From Eledone cirrhosa (Eukaryota), in the NCBI GenBank assembly GCA_964016885.1, contig OZ024740.1, positions 348,626,001-348,690,000 on the forward strand: a DNA stretch of 64,000 nt, in the 5' to 3' direction. The notes beneath the pieces are model-generated. The model ran no database searches. It was given only the letters and a program-made list of their open reading frames with translations, and was not told where the DNA came from. The position numbers and the translations under genes were made by a program. Shown one piece after another: positions 1-11,820 of the stretch (position 1 is its first letter; each line of letters starts with the position of its first letter).

Positions 1-286
1 ATATATATATATAAATCTCAAAATATAAGGTAGTTTTGTCATATAAGAGATGTTTTCATGAATGGACCTGTTATTTTTATATAAAGAAATTATTTCCTAA
101 AGTATCTGCCTGTCCCCTCAATCTATCTTATTTCTCAGTCTTTCAGATGAAGGACTAGCGTCCTAAACGCTATATCACTATATCTTCCTGCTATATCAAG
201 CGTTAACCTAATATATCCCTTCCATGTACTGTACCGATTGTGTTGTTATTTTTGTTTACCTTTTACACAAACACACACACACACAA

Positions 287-317
<31 letters not shown>

Positions 318-401
318 ATAAAGGAAGGAGTGCGAGACAGTGTCTTGAATATATTTTTTTTTATCCCGTTAGTAAAATAAGTTGGATTACTTTGAATAAA
401 T

Positions 402-580
402 AATTGTTTCTACTTTTGGCACAAGGCCAGCAATTACCCAGTGCATTACTGGTAATTTATTTTATCGACCCCGTAAGGATGAAAGGCAAAGTGAACCTCG
501 GCGGGATTTGAACTCAGAATGGCAAGGGGCGTAACTCTATGCATCAAAGCATGGCGTGCGACCCTCTACCGATACTGTCA
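402..580 (-). mobile_element. tRNA-derived SINE (octopus-type)
   Basis: Reverse strand reads A-box-like TGACAGTATCGG, B-box GAGTTCAAATCC, then gccgaggttcactttgcctttcatccttacggggtcgataaaataaa. The same family recurs more than 15 times (about 1858-2030, 6140-6295, 13230-13430, 21345-21505, 28238-28425, 28880-29060, 31060-31250, 35568-35752, 40835-41035, 42208-42400, 43320-43425, 48098-48290, 50009-50118). Confidence 0.85.
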
Positions 581-1204
581 TTTGAATAAATAATGAATGA
601 ATATTATATAATTTATCTACTAAATTTTTAAACATAAATAATCTAATGTATTGCTTATTTCAAGATTGACTTCTTTTAAAAGTTTCAAATTTCAACTTCC
701 GTTATATCACCACCACCACTACTACTTCAACTACTATATATAGAGAGAGACAGAGCAAGAAAGAAAGAAAGAAAGAGAAAGTGTGTGAAGAGAGAGATAC
801 AGACAGAAAGTGTGACTATGTGACAGATATTTATATATATACATATATATATATATGAGAGTATTGAAGTTTGCTTGAAGCATTGTGGAATAATAAGATT
901 TATTTTCTTTTGGTCGTTTTGGAAGCCTCAACAATGCAGATGGGTAATTCTCCGGGTAACCGGATCCGGTGGTGAACAGAGAGATGTAAAGGAATGTAGA
1001 ATGAGATGTATAGTGTGTAGAGGAACGTAGCAAAGAGCGTAAAAAATAAAAATAATAACACGAGATAGAGTTACCTTGGGAGAGATTTAATTGTCCCTAT
1101 AGTTCGGATTCCCATCCATCAACTGGGGGGTTTTCCGGGGGGAAAGGTTATCTGTCGGACCATCTGCATTGTTGAGGCTTCCAAAACGCCCAAAAGGAGA
1201 TAAA

Positions 1205-1244
<40 letters not shown>

Positions 1245-1313
1245 CATTATAAAGAAAGAAGAAACATTAGATATAATTAATAAGATATACCATATCCAAA
1301 TTTCCTCACTACT

Positions 1314-1367
1314 CCTCGACTACGTAGTTTCGTAGCTTATTATGCAAAAACACTACATCACAGAGAT
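1314..1367 (-). ncRNA. Degenerate minimal hammerhead-ribozyme-like motif (Penelope pLTR type)
   Basis: Minus strand: ctc-TGTGA-tGTAG...CTAC-GAAAC-TACGTA-GTC-gag. It has a core lacking one A, a stem II, a palindromic stem III and a GUC cleavage triplet, and is flanked by inverted repeats at about 1225-1300 and 1530-1595. Confidence 0.5.
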
Positions 1368-1755
1368 GCAGTATTTTTGTGAGGTTTGCCGACTTATCAA
1401 GAGGATACTTCATTTAGAGTTTCAAAACACGTCCGCAGGACGCGAGATAGAATCCGGAAAGGCGGAGGGGGAGTCAACCACGTGATACAGCGGTCAAGAA
1501 ACAGAGCTAAGCCTCTTACAACCAAGAAAAATTTGGTTATGGTATATCTTATTAATTATATCTAATGTTTCTTCTTTCTTTATAATGTATTATATAGCTC
1601 TGATACTGAATCAATCTAATCCATTCGGATTATTTTGTCCCAGTTATTCATAGAGCAACAACGGTTAAGGTTGGCACCGCAAAAATTCAGAGATATATGT
1701 GGATATATTCATGTATATGTATGTGTTCGCAGCATGTGTCTGTGTATTTCTTTAT

Positions 1756-1838
<83 letters not shown>

Positions 1839-2135
1839 AAAGAGAAAGATGATAGTAATAATTGTTTCTATTTTTGGCACACGGCCTGCAATTATTCCAG
1901 TGAATTACTGGTACTTTATTTTATCGACACCGTAAGGGGGGAAAGGCAAAGATAACCTCAGCACGATTTGAAATCATACCGTAAAGGGCCGTAACTCTAA
2001 GCTACAAAGTCCGACCCTCTACTGATACTGCCAAATATAATAATATAATGCTTACAGAATAAAATCACAAACAAATATTATACAAAGGAAAGGGAAAGGA
2101 AGAAAAACACTCACACAAGCATGTAATACACACAT

Positions 2136-2580
2136 CTAGGACCACATACAACAAAAGGCAGGCAAAAGGGGTGGAAAAGATAGCAATATCGCTAGGACCA
2201 CTGGGAAACCTGTCAAATAATTTTTGAGGCAAGCTAGCACACTCGCAGCGTTACATAGGGTGATGTCGAGGCTGAGGTTCTGGAACAACCAAGCGTCTTC
2301 ACGAGCATCACCAGTTACCTCGGTTAGGCGAGCGGCCACTGAAGATTAGAACCTCGCAGTCAATAGCCCGACTCCCCTAAACGTCTCGAACGCCACTGCT
2401 GGAAAATGCAGTTGGCCGACAGATCACAGTATTTTAGGATTTTATTCTGTTCGGCTGCCAATGCAGTAACTTTCCCTCTTACCGCTACATCTAGGATATG
2501 AGAAGATGCAAAAAAGTCCCTAACTGTGACTTCCCAGATAAGGCACCTGCCTTGACCAGAGGCACAGCATAAGACCCTCA
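2136..2580 (-). mobile_element. 3' fragment of an RLE-type (CRE-like) non-LTR retrotransposon
   Basis: Translations LIWEVTVRDFFA...ALAAEQNKILKYCDL and RLTEVTGDAREDAWLFQNLSLDITLCNAASVL match the C-terminal restriction-like endonuclease region of CRE-type LINEs. Frameshifted. Confidence 0.7.
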
Positions 2581-3317
2581 ATGCTAGACAACCTAGACGG
2601 TTCCAAAATTAAGTGGTAATAGGACAGTGTGTGTATATGCGCGCGCGTGAGTTTGTCGGCATTCTTAAATTAGAGACGTGTGTGGGTGTGTGATACCGTT
2701 TTTAATTTAGAGACATATATATGTGTGTATCGTCTTCCTTCCTTTTACACACACATTGTGTGACGGATGGATCGACAGAAGTCGCTCAAATTTATAGACA
2801 TGTGAATGGAGTTCCGCTGAAGCAGGTAGAGAAGTTCAAGTATCTCGGGGCCGTATTCACAGGGTCATGAAGCTTGGGTAATGACCCCAATAATACGATT
2901 GCAAATACAAGCGGCCGAAGAAGATATTGTCAATTTATTTTTCAATTTACATATATTTATATGCATATATATTTGCGTATAATAAACCAATATGCACACT
3001 ACATATGCTAGCAGAAAACCGCCTGAAGGGTGATTTTTCTGCTACTATATATAAATCTAAAAATAGAAGATAGTTTTGTAATTTTAAATATTTCCCAGAT
3101 AGTAGGCTGCTTGATTTCTAATGTTAATCTAGGTAACCTCGTTGACTCGTGAGCCATAGCAAAATAGAACAATTCACCTTTGATAATCCTCTAAATATTA
3201 AATAAAGTTAATAATAGACTTGTAAAATTACCTGTTTCAAAAGTGAATTGATTTTCTTCTAGACAAGGTGTGGAGGTGTGGTGCACAATTGTGTATATTA
3301 CCTTTGTATTATTAACA

Positions 3318-3945
3318 GGGCGGTGGATTGGCAGTATCGGTGGAGGGTCGGACGCCATGCTTTCCAGCATAGTTACGTCCCTTTACGATCTGAGTTCAAA
3401 TCCCGCCGAGGTTGACTTTGCCTTTCATCCTTACGGGGTCGATAAAATAAAGTACCAGTAATGCACTGGGTAATTGCTGGCCTTGTGCCAAAAGTAGAAA
3501 CAATTATTAACAGGGCGGTGAATTGGTAGTACCGGTAGAGGGTTGGACGCCATGCTTTCTAGCATAGTTACGTCCCTTTACATTCTGAGTTCAAATGCCG
3601 CCGAGGTTAACTTTGCCTTTCATCCTTACGAGGTCGATAAAATAAAGTACCAGTAATGTACTGGATAATTGCTGGCCTGGTGCCTAAAGTAGAAACAATT
3701 ATTAACAGGGATTTTTTATAGGGTGGTGGATTGACCGTATCGGAAGAGAGCCGGACGCCATGATTTGCAGCATAGAGTTACGGCCCTTTATTATCTGAGT
3801 TCAAATCCCGCCGAGGTTAACTTTGCCTTTCATCCATACGGGGTCGATAAAATAAAGTACCAGTCACGCACTGGGGTCGATTTAATCGACTTTCCCCCTC
3901 ACCAAACATCGTTGGCCTTGTGCTTATATAAGAAACCATTATTAA
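3318..3945 (+). mobile_element. Three SINE copies in head-to-tail tandem
   Basis: Units start near 3318, 3511 and 3720. Each has ggcggtggattggcagtatcgg...gagttcaaatcccgccgagg...gtcgataaaataaagtaccag, and they are joined through attattaacaggg. Confidence 0.85.
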
Positions 3946-4019
3946 CTGGGACTTTATAAATTTGTTTGAGGGGCATGCGTAGGCAACTGAATAAGTTTCA
4001 ATATTTGCCTAGTTCTCAC

Positions 4020-5620
4020 AACACCAGATTAAATTCATTTATTGTTTCGTATTATAATTAATCTGGGATAAGGCAATGGCAATCTAAAGTGATAATCCCA
4101 GTTTTCAAAAAGGGGGATTTCCTATTTCCACATCGTTATATTTGGATAATTTGTCATTTCTTTGAGATACATTATTATCTTTTCGGATTGATACGTCAAT
4201 TGCGAAGCGTTTCTTTTCCTGGTTTATTGACCTTGGACTCTTTCCGTGTGCTTGGATACCCTGGAGATTGTTTGATTCTTCATTATTTGATATATTTTTT
4301 CAGCTGTATGTTTAACTGTACAGGTTTAACTTTTTTCTGTATCGGCCAAATTGCTTTTTATTTACTGATGGCATCCTTCATGTATCTTATTATTACTGCT
4401 ACCTTACTCATACCTATTCTTTCTAGGATGTACGCGTGAGGAATACTGTCAAAAGCCTTCTGCTAGTTAATCAGTTCCATGTTTAAACCATTCCTTCTCC
4501 TTCTAGAGACATCACGTTTGGCCTTTTGTTCTGTAATTGCATCTTTCCAGCCACTAGATGTTTTTGCGTCTCCTATACGCTTCTGGCAACTGGTATTTTT
4601 GTAAATATTTTATTTAGTCTTCTCAATATTGCAATTAAGGCCTGGTAGACTGTCGGAAAACAAAGTGTACTTATGTAGATTTGGTTGTCGTTGTCTCTTT
4701 AGTATTGCATATTTAAATGGTTTTCTCCTCAGTAATGCAATCAGATGTCTTTGGCTCCACCGATGTCCCAGTAAACTTCAATGTTCACCACTTATATGCC
4801 CCTATTAAATATTTCAACAAGATACTTGGAATCTTATTATACTCTTACAGTTGTATTTGCTTTTGCAGTTTCTGGTTTACTTTTCCTATGAAACTTGGCC
4901 TTCAACAGTTGTTCAGATTTTTGGTACACTATTTTGACCAACTATATATGTAGTATTTCATTCGCTATCCATCCTCAAAAAAATCTTCCGTTTATGTTGC
5001 CGTTTGAGATGCTTTTATTTCCGTTTTATATTTTTGAAGTTCTTGCTAAGATAATTTTGATATGGAGTCGAACTGTTTCTGTTGATCCAAGATTTGTTTG
5101 TGCCTTTCATACCGTCGGATTCATTGAGGTTGAGAGAGGATCTTTTTTTTTAGACGTTCTTTGACTACAAGTAATTCTTTTCTCTTTCGTTTTGTTTATG
5201 GTATATTTGTGTACTTTTTATCTCTCCTACACAGTCTTGTTTTTTTCTGTTTTCTTTAAGGATGAGGTATCTCCCTCATTATTTATTTCACATATGATTT
5301 GAGGACTTCTCAGGATTCGAAAAATGTCTAATATTGCCGTCTTCCTACGTTCGATATGGATCTAAATTTCAAAATGTGCAGTTATTATTTTAATTGTTAC
5401 TATTCCTAATAGGATGATTTCAAACGTTTTCATGCCATTCAGGTTTGACACTGACAAATCTTTCCTCCTCACTTTCTTTAGTATCCCCATGGAGAAGGTA
5501 ATTCAATTGTGAAACATAATATTTGCTCTCTTTCAACTGTAACAATAGTAGGTCCCTTTTTATATAGTTTGTGATCACAATGAATCTACGCTTCTTTTTA
5601 TTCTACCCCTGGATCATTCC
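4020..5620 (-). mobile_element. Heavily decayed non-LTR retrotransposon RT fragment (R4/Dong-like)
   Basis: The minus strand near 4420-4490 translates to GLNMELIN*QKAFDSIPHAYIL, resembling the RT motif xLxMAWIDYxKAFDSVPH. Many stops; boundaries approximate. Confidence 0.55.
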
Positions 5621-6289
5621 TGTGCCCATACTACGTTTTCGTTCAGCTCGTTATGCAGTGTTTGCTGCTTTGTTTTATTTATTTATTATTTTACTTTTGC
5701 TTGTAATGGTTTACTACAAATACTTATTAATTGGTTGACAGTTTCACATTTCATTTCACATACACTACATAATTGTAACTACTCTTTTGTCAATGTTATA
5801 TTTTACATAATTAATTCTTAGGAATTGGTTTTGTACTGAATATGGAGATTCGGTTTCGATATGATTGTCTGTTCATTGATGCTTACGTTTCTACTTCAAT
5901 CTCGCCTATGAAGTGGTTAAGCATCAATTTATATATCCAATTTTTCTCTCTTCTGCCATTCTTTTTAATATTTATTCATTTCAATGGAGCCTTCAGTCTG
6001 CAAAGTGTCATATGTTTTTACTCTTATCAGCCATACTTCAATACTTAATTTCAAACTTATTTTCCTAACTTTTTATATACTTTTTGCACCTTACTCCTCT
6101 GGTTCTGAGGAAATATATTACATGGTGCATATTTATAGTCATTGGCAATATGGGTAGAGGGTTGGACGCCATGCTTTCTAGCATAGTTACGTCCCTTTAC
6201 GGTCTGAGTTCAAATCCCGTCGAGGGATTCATCCTTATGGGGTCGATAAAATAAAGTACCAGTAAGGCTTTGTGCCAAAAGTAGAAACA

Positions 6290-7260
6290 CTTATTTGGAT
6301 GGGGGGTCCCATTATATAGGGAATAAACACCGTTGAATTAGATTAAATAAAGTACAATATGAACTGTGTCGTTGCGAATCATTCACTTGGGAAACATTTA
6401 GGTGTCTCTTTACATATAGAAAATTAAAATTTAAAAAAGGAACACTAGTGGGGCGTGGTTTGATTCTAGATATTCGTCCAGACCTTTGACAGCTTAACAT
6501 AACTGGTCTCCACTTTAAAGATAGCAATTTAGTAATTGATGCCGAAAAGAGAATGAGCAAATCAGTGGCTGTCTTGCTACGCTTGAAGCCTATATGGTCC
6601 AGCTTCCCCTTAATCGAAGTGCCAACGGCAACATTCGCTTCAGTGACATGTAAAACGATCATCCCTACATCATGAATGAAGATGACATATAAGGGCCCGG
6701 CTGAGTAATCCGCAGGCTACTATAAGTGTACGACGGCAGATGACTATAGGACACATGGAACGCATAGCCGAGAGGTGAACAATGAGTGCCTCTGTCGAAT
6801 GGCAGAGTATGGCACCATAGGATCCAGGTTAGACATATCAAGAATTGGATGATTTCTGTAGAGTAAGACACAACATATATACACCGGTCTTGAGAGCAGG
6901 CCGTGTCACCCGGAAATCCCATTGGCACTTCATTCCTTAAATTCTTTACCCAGATCAGAAAGATTAAAACAGAAAATAACAAAGAAAAATGTTTGCTTCT
7001 AATATATTTATTTTCATTAAAATCAATTTTTGATATAATTTCAATTATTACATAGTACATATTAATAATTACATATTGATTATCTTAATATGAAGAATCA
7101 AATACGTAAGGATTACGGTACAGATTATATATAAAATATATATAAATGATATTCTAAGAGATATTGGATATCGAAAAAAAGATATACAACTATTGTTAAT
7201 GAGGTTAATTTATAAATAAAAGGAATAGAAGGTATCCTTGATTGAATCTGATATAAGTAT
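6290..7260. repeat. Locally duplicated module X (unidentified)
   Basis: Near-identical sequence occurs at 18690-19450 (direct), 20880-21350 (inverted, partial) and 39010-39485 (inverted, partial). The ORF track shows the same peptides at each copy. Confidence 0.85.
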
Positions 7261-7417
7261 ATGTGTGTGTATGTATATAGTTACATACAGTGTGTATAGT
7301 TGGCATGCCTTGTTTGTTTCGAAGATTTATTAGCCACATGGTGGATACTTATTCATTCAAAATGTTATGAAAAACTTCTGCGTTTCACGCTGTTCACTCT
7401 TTGCAAGCTCGATATCG

Positions 7418-10213
7418 TTACGACTCATAGTCATTGGAATCTCCGTCTGTTATATCATCAACCTTCTTTGCACATGTACAAGCTGTAGCTACATCAGTCA
7501 CATTTGGACTATACACATACAGTCCATCAGTTATATCATCAACCTTCTTTGCACATGTACAAGCTGTAGCTACATCAGTCACATTTGGACTATACACATA
7601 CAGTCCATCAGTTATATCATCAACCTTCTTTGCACATGTACAAGCTGTAGCTACACCAGTCACATTTGGACTATACACATACAGTCCATCAGTTATATCA
7701 TCAACCTTCTTTGCACATGTACAAGCTGTAGCTACATCAGTCACATTTGGACTATACACATACAGTCCATCAGTTATATCATCAACCTTCTTTGCACATG
7801 TACAAGCTGTAGCTACACCAGTCACATTTGGACTATACACATACAGTCCATCAGTTATATCATCAACCTTCTTTGCACATGTACAAGCTGTAGCTACATC
7901 AGTCACATTTGGACTATACACATACAGTCCATCAGTTATATCATCAACCTTCTTTGCACATGTACAAGCTGTAGCTACACCAGTCACATTTGGACTATAC
8001 ACATACAGTCCATCAGTTATATCATCAGCCTTCTTTGCACATGTACAAGCTGTAGCTACACCAGTCACATTTGGACTATACACATACAGTCCATCAGTTA
8101 TATCATCAACCTTCTTTGCACATGTACAAGCTGTAGCTACATCAGTCACATTTGGACTATACACATACAGTCCATCAGTTATATCATCAGCCTTCTTTGC
8201 ACATGTACAAGCTGTAGCTACATCAGTCACATTTGGACTATACACATACAGTCCATCAGTTATATCATCAACCTTCTTTGCACATGTACAAGCTGTAGCT
8301 ACACCAGTCACATTTGGACTATACACATACAGTCCATCAGTTATATCATCAACCTTCTTTGCACATGTACAAGCTGTAGCTACATCAGTCACATTTGGAC
8401 TATACACATACAGTCCATCAGTTATATCATCAACCTTCTTTGCACATGTACAAGCTGTAGCTACATCAGTCACATTTGGACTATACACATACAGTCCATC
8501 AGTTATATCATCAACCTTCTTTGCACATGTACAAGCTGTAGCTACACCAGTCACATTTGGACTATACACATACAGTCCATCAGTTATATCATCAACCTTC
8601 TTTGCACATGTACAAGCTGTAGCTACATCAGTCACATTTGGACTATACACATACAGTCCATCAGTTATATCATCAGCCTTCTTTGCACATGTACAAGCTG
8701 TAGCTACATCAGTCACATTTGGACTATACACATACAGTCCATCAGTTATATCATCAACCTTCTTTGCACATGTACAAGCTGTAGCTACACCAGTCACATT
8801 TGGACTATACACATACAGTCCATCAGTTATATCATCAACCTTCTTTGCACATGTACAAGCTGTAGCTACATCAGTCACATTTGGACTATACACATACAGT
8901 CCATCAGTTATATCATCAGCCTTCTTTGCACATGTACAAGCTGTAGCTACATCAGTCACATTTGGACTATACACATACAGTCCATCAGTTATATCATCAA
9001 CCTTCTTTGCACATGTACAAGCTGTAGCTACACCAGTCACATTTGGACTATACACATACAGTCCATCAGTTATATCATCAGCCTTCTTTGCACATGTACA
9101 AGCTGTAGCTACACCAGTCACATTTGGACTATACACATACAGTCCATCAGTTATATCATCAACCTTCTTTGCACATGTACAAGCTGTAGCTACATCAGTC
9201 ACATTTGGACTATACACATACAGTCCATCAGTTATATCATCAACCTTCTTTGCACATGTACAAGCTGTAGCTACACCAGTCACATTTGGACTATACACAT
9301 ACAGTCCATCAGTTATATCATCAACCTTCTTTGCACATGTACAAGCTGTAGCTACATCAGTCACATTTGGACTATACACATACAGTCCATCAGTTATATC
9401 ATCAACCTTCTTTGCACATGTACAAGCTATAGCTACATCAGTCACATTTGGACTATACACATACAGTCCATCAGTTATATCATCAACCTTCTTTGCACAT
9501 GTACAAGCTGTAGCTACATCAGTCACATTTGGACTATACACATACAGTCCATCAGTTATATCATCAACCTTCTTTGCACATGTACAAGCTGTAGCTACAT
9601 CAGTCACATTTGGACTATACACATACAGTCCATCAGTTATATCATCAACCTTCTTTGCACATGTACAAGCTGTAGCTACATCAGTCACATTTGGACTATA
9701 CACATACAGTCCATCAGTTATATCATCAACCTTCTTTGCACATGTACAAGCTGTAGCTACATCAGTCACATTTGGACTATACACATACAGTCCATCAATA
9801 CATTTATCTGTACGTTTTAGGACTGTCATTTTAGTATCAACTGCAGCACATTGATGATTGTTGTCAGAGCCTATACAGTCTGGACAGCGACACACTACTT
9901 ATGTACGTGATGGCGGGAATAATGTAGAATCATGGGTAATCTTCAGATACCAAGGGCAAGTTGAATGTTCCTGAATTATATCAGTAGATATAATAGATGT
10001 TGGACAAGTTTTATCTCCATCTGTCAATGTTAGTTGTTTGTTTCCTCCTGGGGCCATTTCAGCTGGTAAAAAAAAATTATTGCCAATAGATGCACTGGAG
10101 AGACTCTCGTATTGGACTTTCAAGTCGCTTGGTATTTTACATTGTTTTGTAATTGGTGCAGAGTTGCCAATGAAGATGTAGTTGAAGAGAAGGATGAGAA
10201 TCTGGCTGTGAAT
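7418..10213 (-). pseudogene. IL17: IL-17-like gene copy A, main exon, with an in-frame TAA at 9899-9901 and a 29-fold amplified C-terminal knot strand
   Basis: Acceptor ttctttgccatag precedes 10213. One frame then reads IHSQILILLFNYIFIGNSAP...KTCPT...EHSTCPWYLKITHDSTLFPPSRT*VVCRCPDCIGSDNNHQC...VLKRTDKCID[27 aa]x29-GDSNDYES*. It aligns along its length with the intact paralogue at 54348-54872, which has GAA where this copy has TAA. Confidence 0.88.
7442..9797 (-). repeat. 81-bp coding tandem array, 29 units
   Basis: The period is 81 bp (e.g. tatatcatcaacc at 7451 and 7532). The 825-aa ORF equals 34 + 29x27 + 8 aa. I see only three variant sites (GAT/GGT, GTT/GCT and one ACA/ATA). Confidence 0.97.
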
Positions 10214-10301
10214 CTATGGCAAAGAATATATATTTGTTAAATTGTGTATCATATTTATATAATTTATTGTAATTACAAGTTATAATAACAATTCTAATTC
10301 A

Positions 10302-10392
<91 letters not shown>

Positions 10393-10574
10393 GATACACT
10401 TGGGGAGGGTCATATTGTTGTAATAATATTGCCAGAAATAACAACAGAACACACTCACTGTTTGATTGGTTTTTCACTTCTGTATCTTTTATATCTCCAT
10501 AGTTAATTTATTTGGCAATCGACGTTTATCATTGATTGACCAACGGTTAAAAATACAGATATAAATATATATAT

Positions 10575-10630
10575 ATAGTCTATCAAAGTTCTTTCGTTGC
10601 ATATCTGCAACATCATCAGTGGTACTATTA
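10575..10630 (-). ncRNA. Hammerhead-ribozyme-like core between inverted repeats
   Basis: Minus strand CTGATGA-t-GTTGCA-gata-TGCAAC-GAAA: an intact core with a perfect 6-bp stem II, but weak stems I and III. Flanked by inverted repeats at about 10385-10575 and 10700-10885. Confidence 0.5.
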
Positions 10631-11091
10631 TTATGTTCCCTCCGATTGTATTTTATTGTATTTTATTGTAACTTCTACGCCATCTTTCTGGCGTAGACTA
10701 TATATATATATTTATATCTGTATTTTTAACCGTTCGGTCAATCAATGATAAACGTTGATTGCCATATCAATTAACTATGGAGATATAAAGATACAGAAGC
10801 GAAAACCAACTAAACAGTGAGTGTGTTCTGCTATTATTTCTGGCAATGTTACTACAACAATATGAACCTCCCAAATTATAACAATATTTGTTTCGACACA
10901 CGATTTCATATAAAAAAAACCTTGCAAAAAAAAAAATATATATATATATATATTGGAAAGACCAACGGAAACATTGTTTCCTCGGTCCGATTTGACGAAA
11001 GTCGATCGCTAGAAAAAATATATATATATATATACTATAAATTATGTCCATAGAATCATTTTATAAGAGTAGAAAACAGATTTACAGAGGG

Positions 11092-11164
<73 letters not shown>

Positions 11165-11172
<8 letters not shown>

Positions 11173-11362
11173 CGAAGGAAATGTGGTAAGGAACCAGTTG
11201 GACCATAACGCACCAAAGTACTCAATACTTGGGGTAGTAGAGTGGGTAATAGGAACCAGTAAGACCCCGACGGCTGAGCTCAAGCCCTTTCGACGGCTAA
11301 TTTGAGTCCAGAATTAGCCGTCGAAACGGCTTGAGCTCAGCCGTCGGGGTCTTACTGGTTCC

Positions 11363-11365
<3 letters not shown>
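11165..11365. repeat. Palindromic element embedded in (TA)n, probably a Penelope terminal relic
   Basis: About 11248-11365 is a near-perfect hairpin (ggaaccagtaagaccccgacggctgagctcaagcc...ggcttgagctcagccgtcggggtcttactggttcc). A related copy lies in the opposite orientation at 41250-41410. Confidence 0.7.
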
Positions 11366-11393
<28 letters not shown>

Positions 11394-11733
11394 ATTTACA
11401 TATATATATAAAGTCATAGATATATATATGTTTCACAACCGGTCACGTTGTGGCTCAATGAGAAATTAATAAATTAAATTAAATAATCAGAGCTATATAT
11501 CATAAAATATGTCTTTAGAATCACTAGATATAATATATGCTGTCAAAATGTTAGATAAATAATCTATTGTAGCCACCGCGAAGGGGCTGCTTTCGGTTAT
11601 TTGTCGAAGTTTTCATCATAGGAGCCTTTATTCTTATAGCTTGGTCTAATTGATTTTTTATATGGTTAATTATACTAATTGGGAGAGGAAATGGTATATA
11701 TTATATCTAGTGATTCTAAAGACATATTTTATG

Positions 11734-11820
<87 letters not shown>

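Noticed and set aside
3320-3420. A-box/B-box motifs as tRNA genes
   Set aside because: They are SINE heads with no complete cloverleaf, always followed by the same SINE body.
7442-9797. Array as a CRISPR locus
   Set aside because: There are no unique spacers and no cas genes, the context is eukaryotic, and the units are contiguous near-identical copies of coding sequence.
7367-9854. 817-aa and 806-aa plus-strand ORFs over the array (and 36189..36758 on the minus strand)
   Set aside because: Shadow ORFs. An 81-bp unit with no stop in those frames stays open automatically, and only the minus-strand frame continues into IL-17 sequence on both sides.
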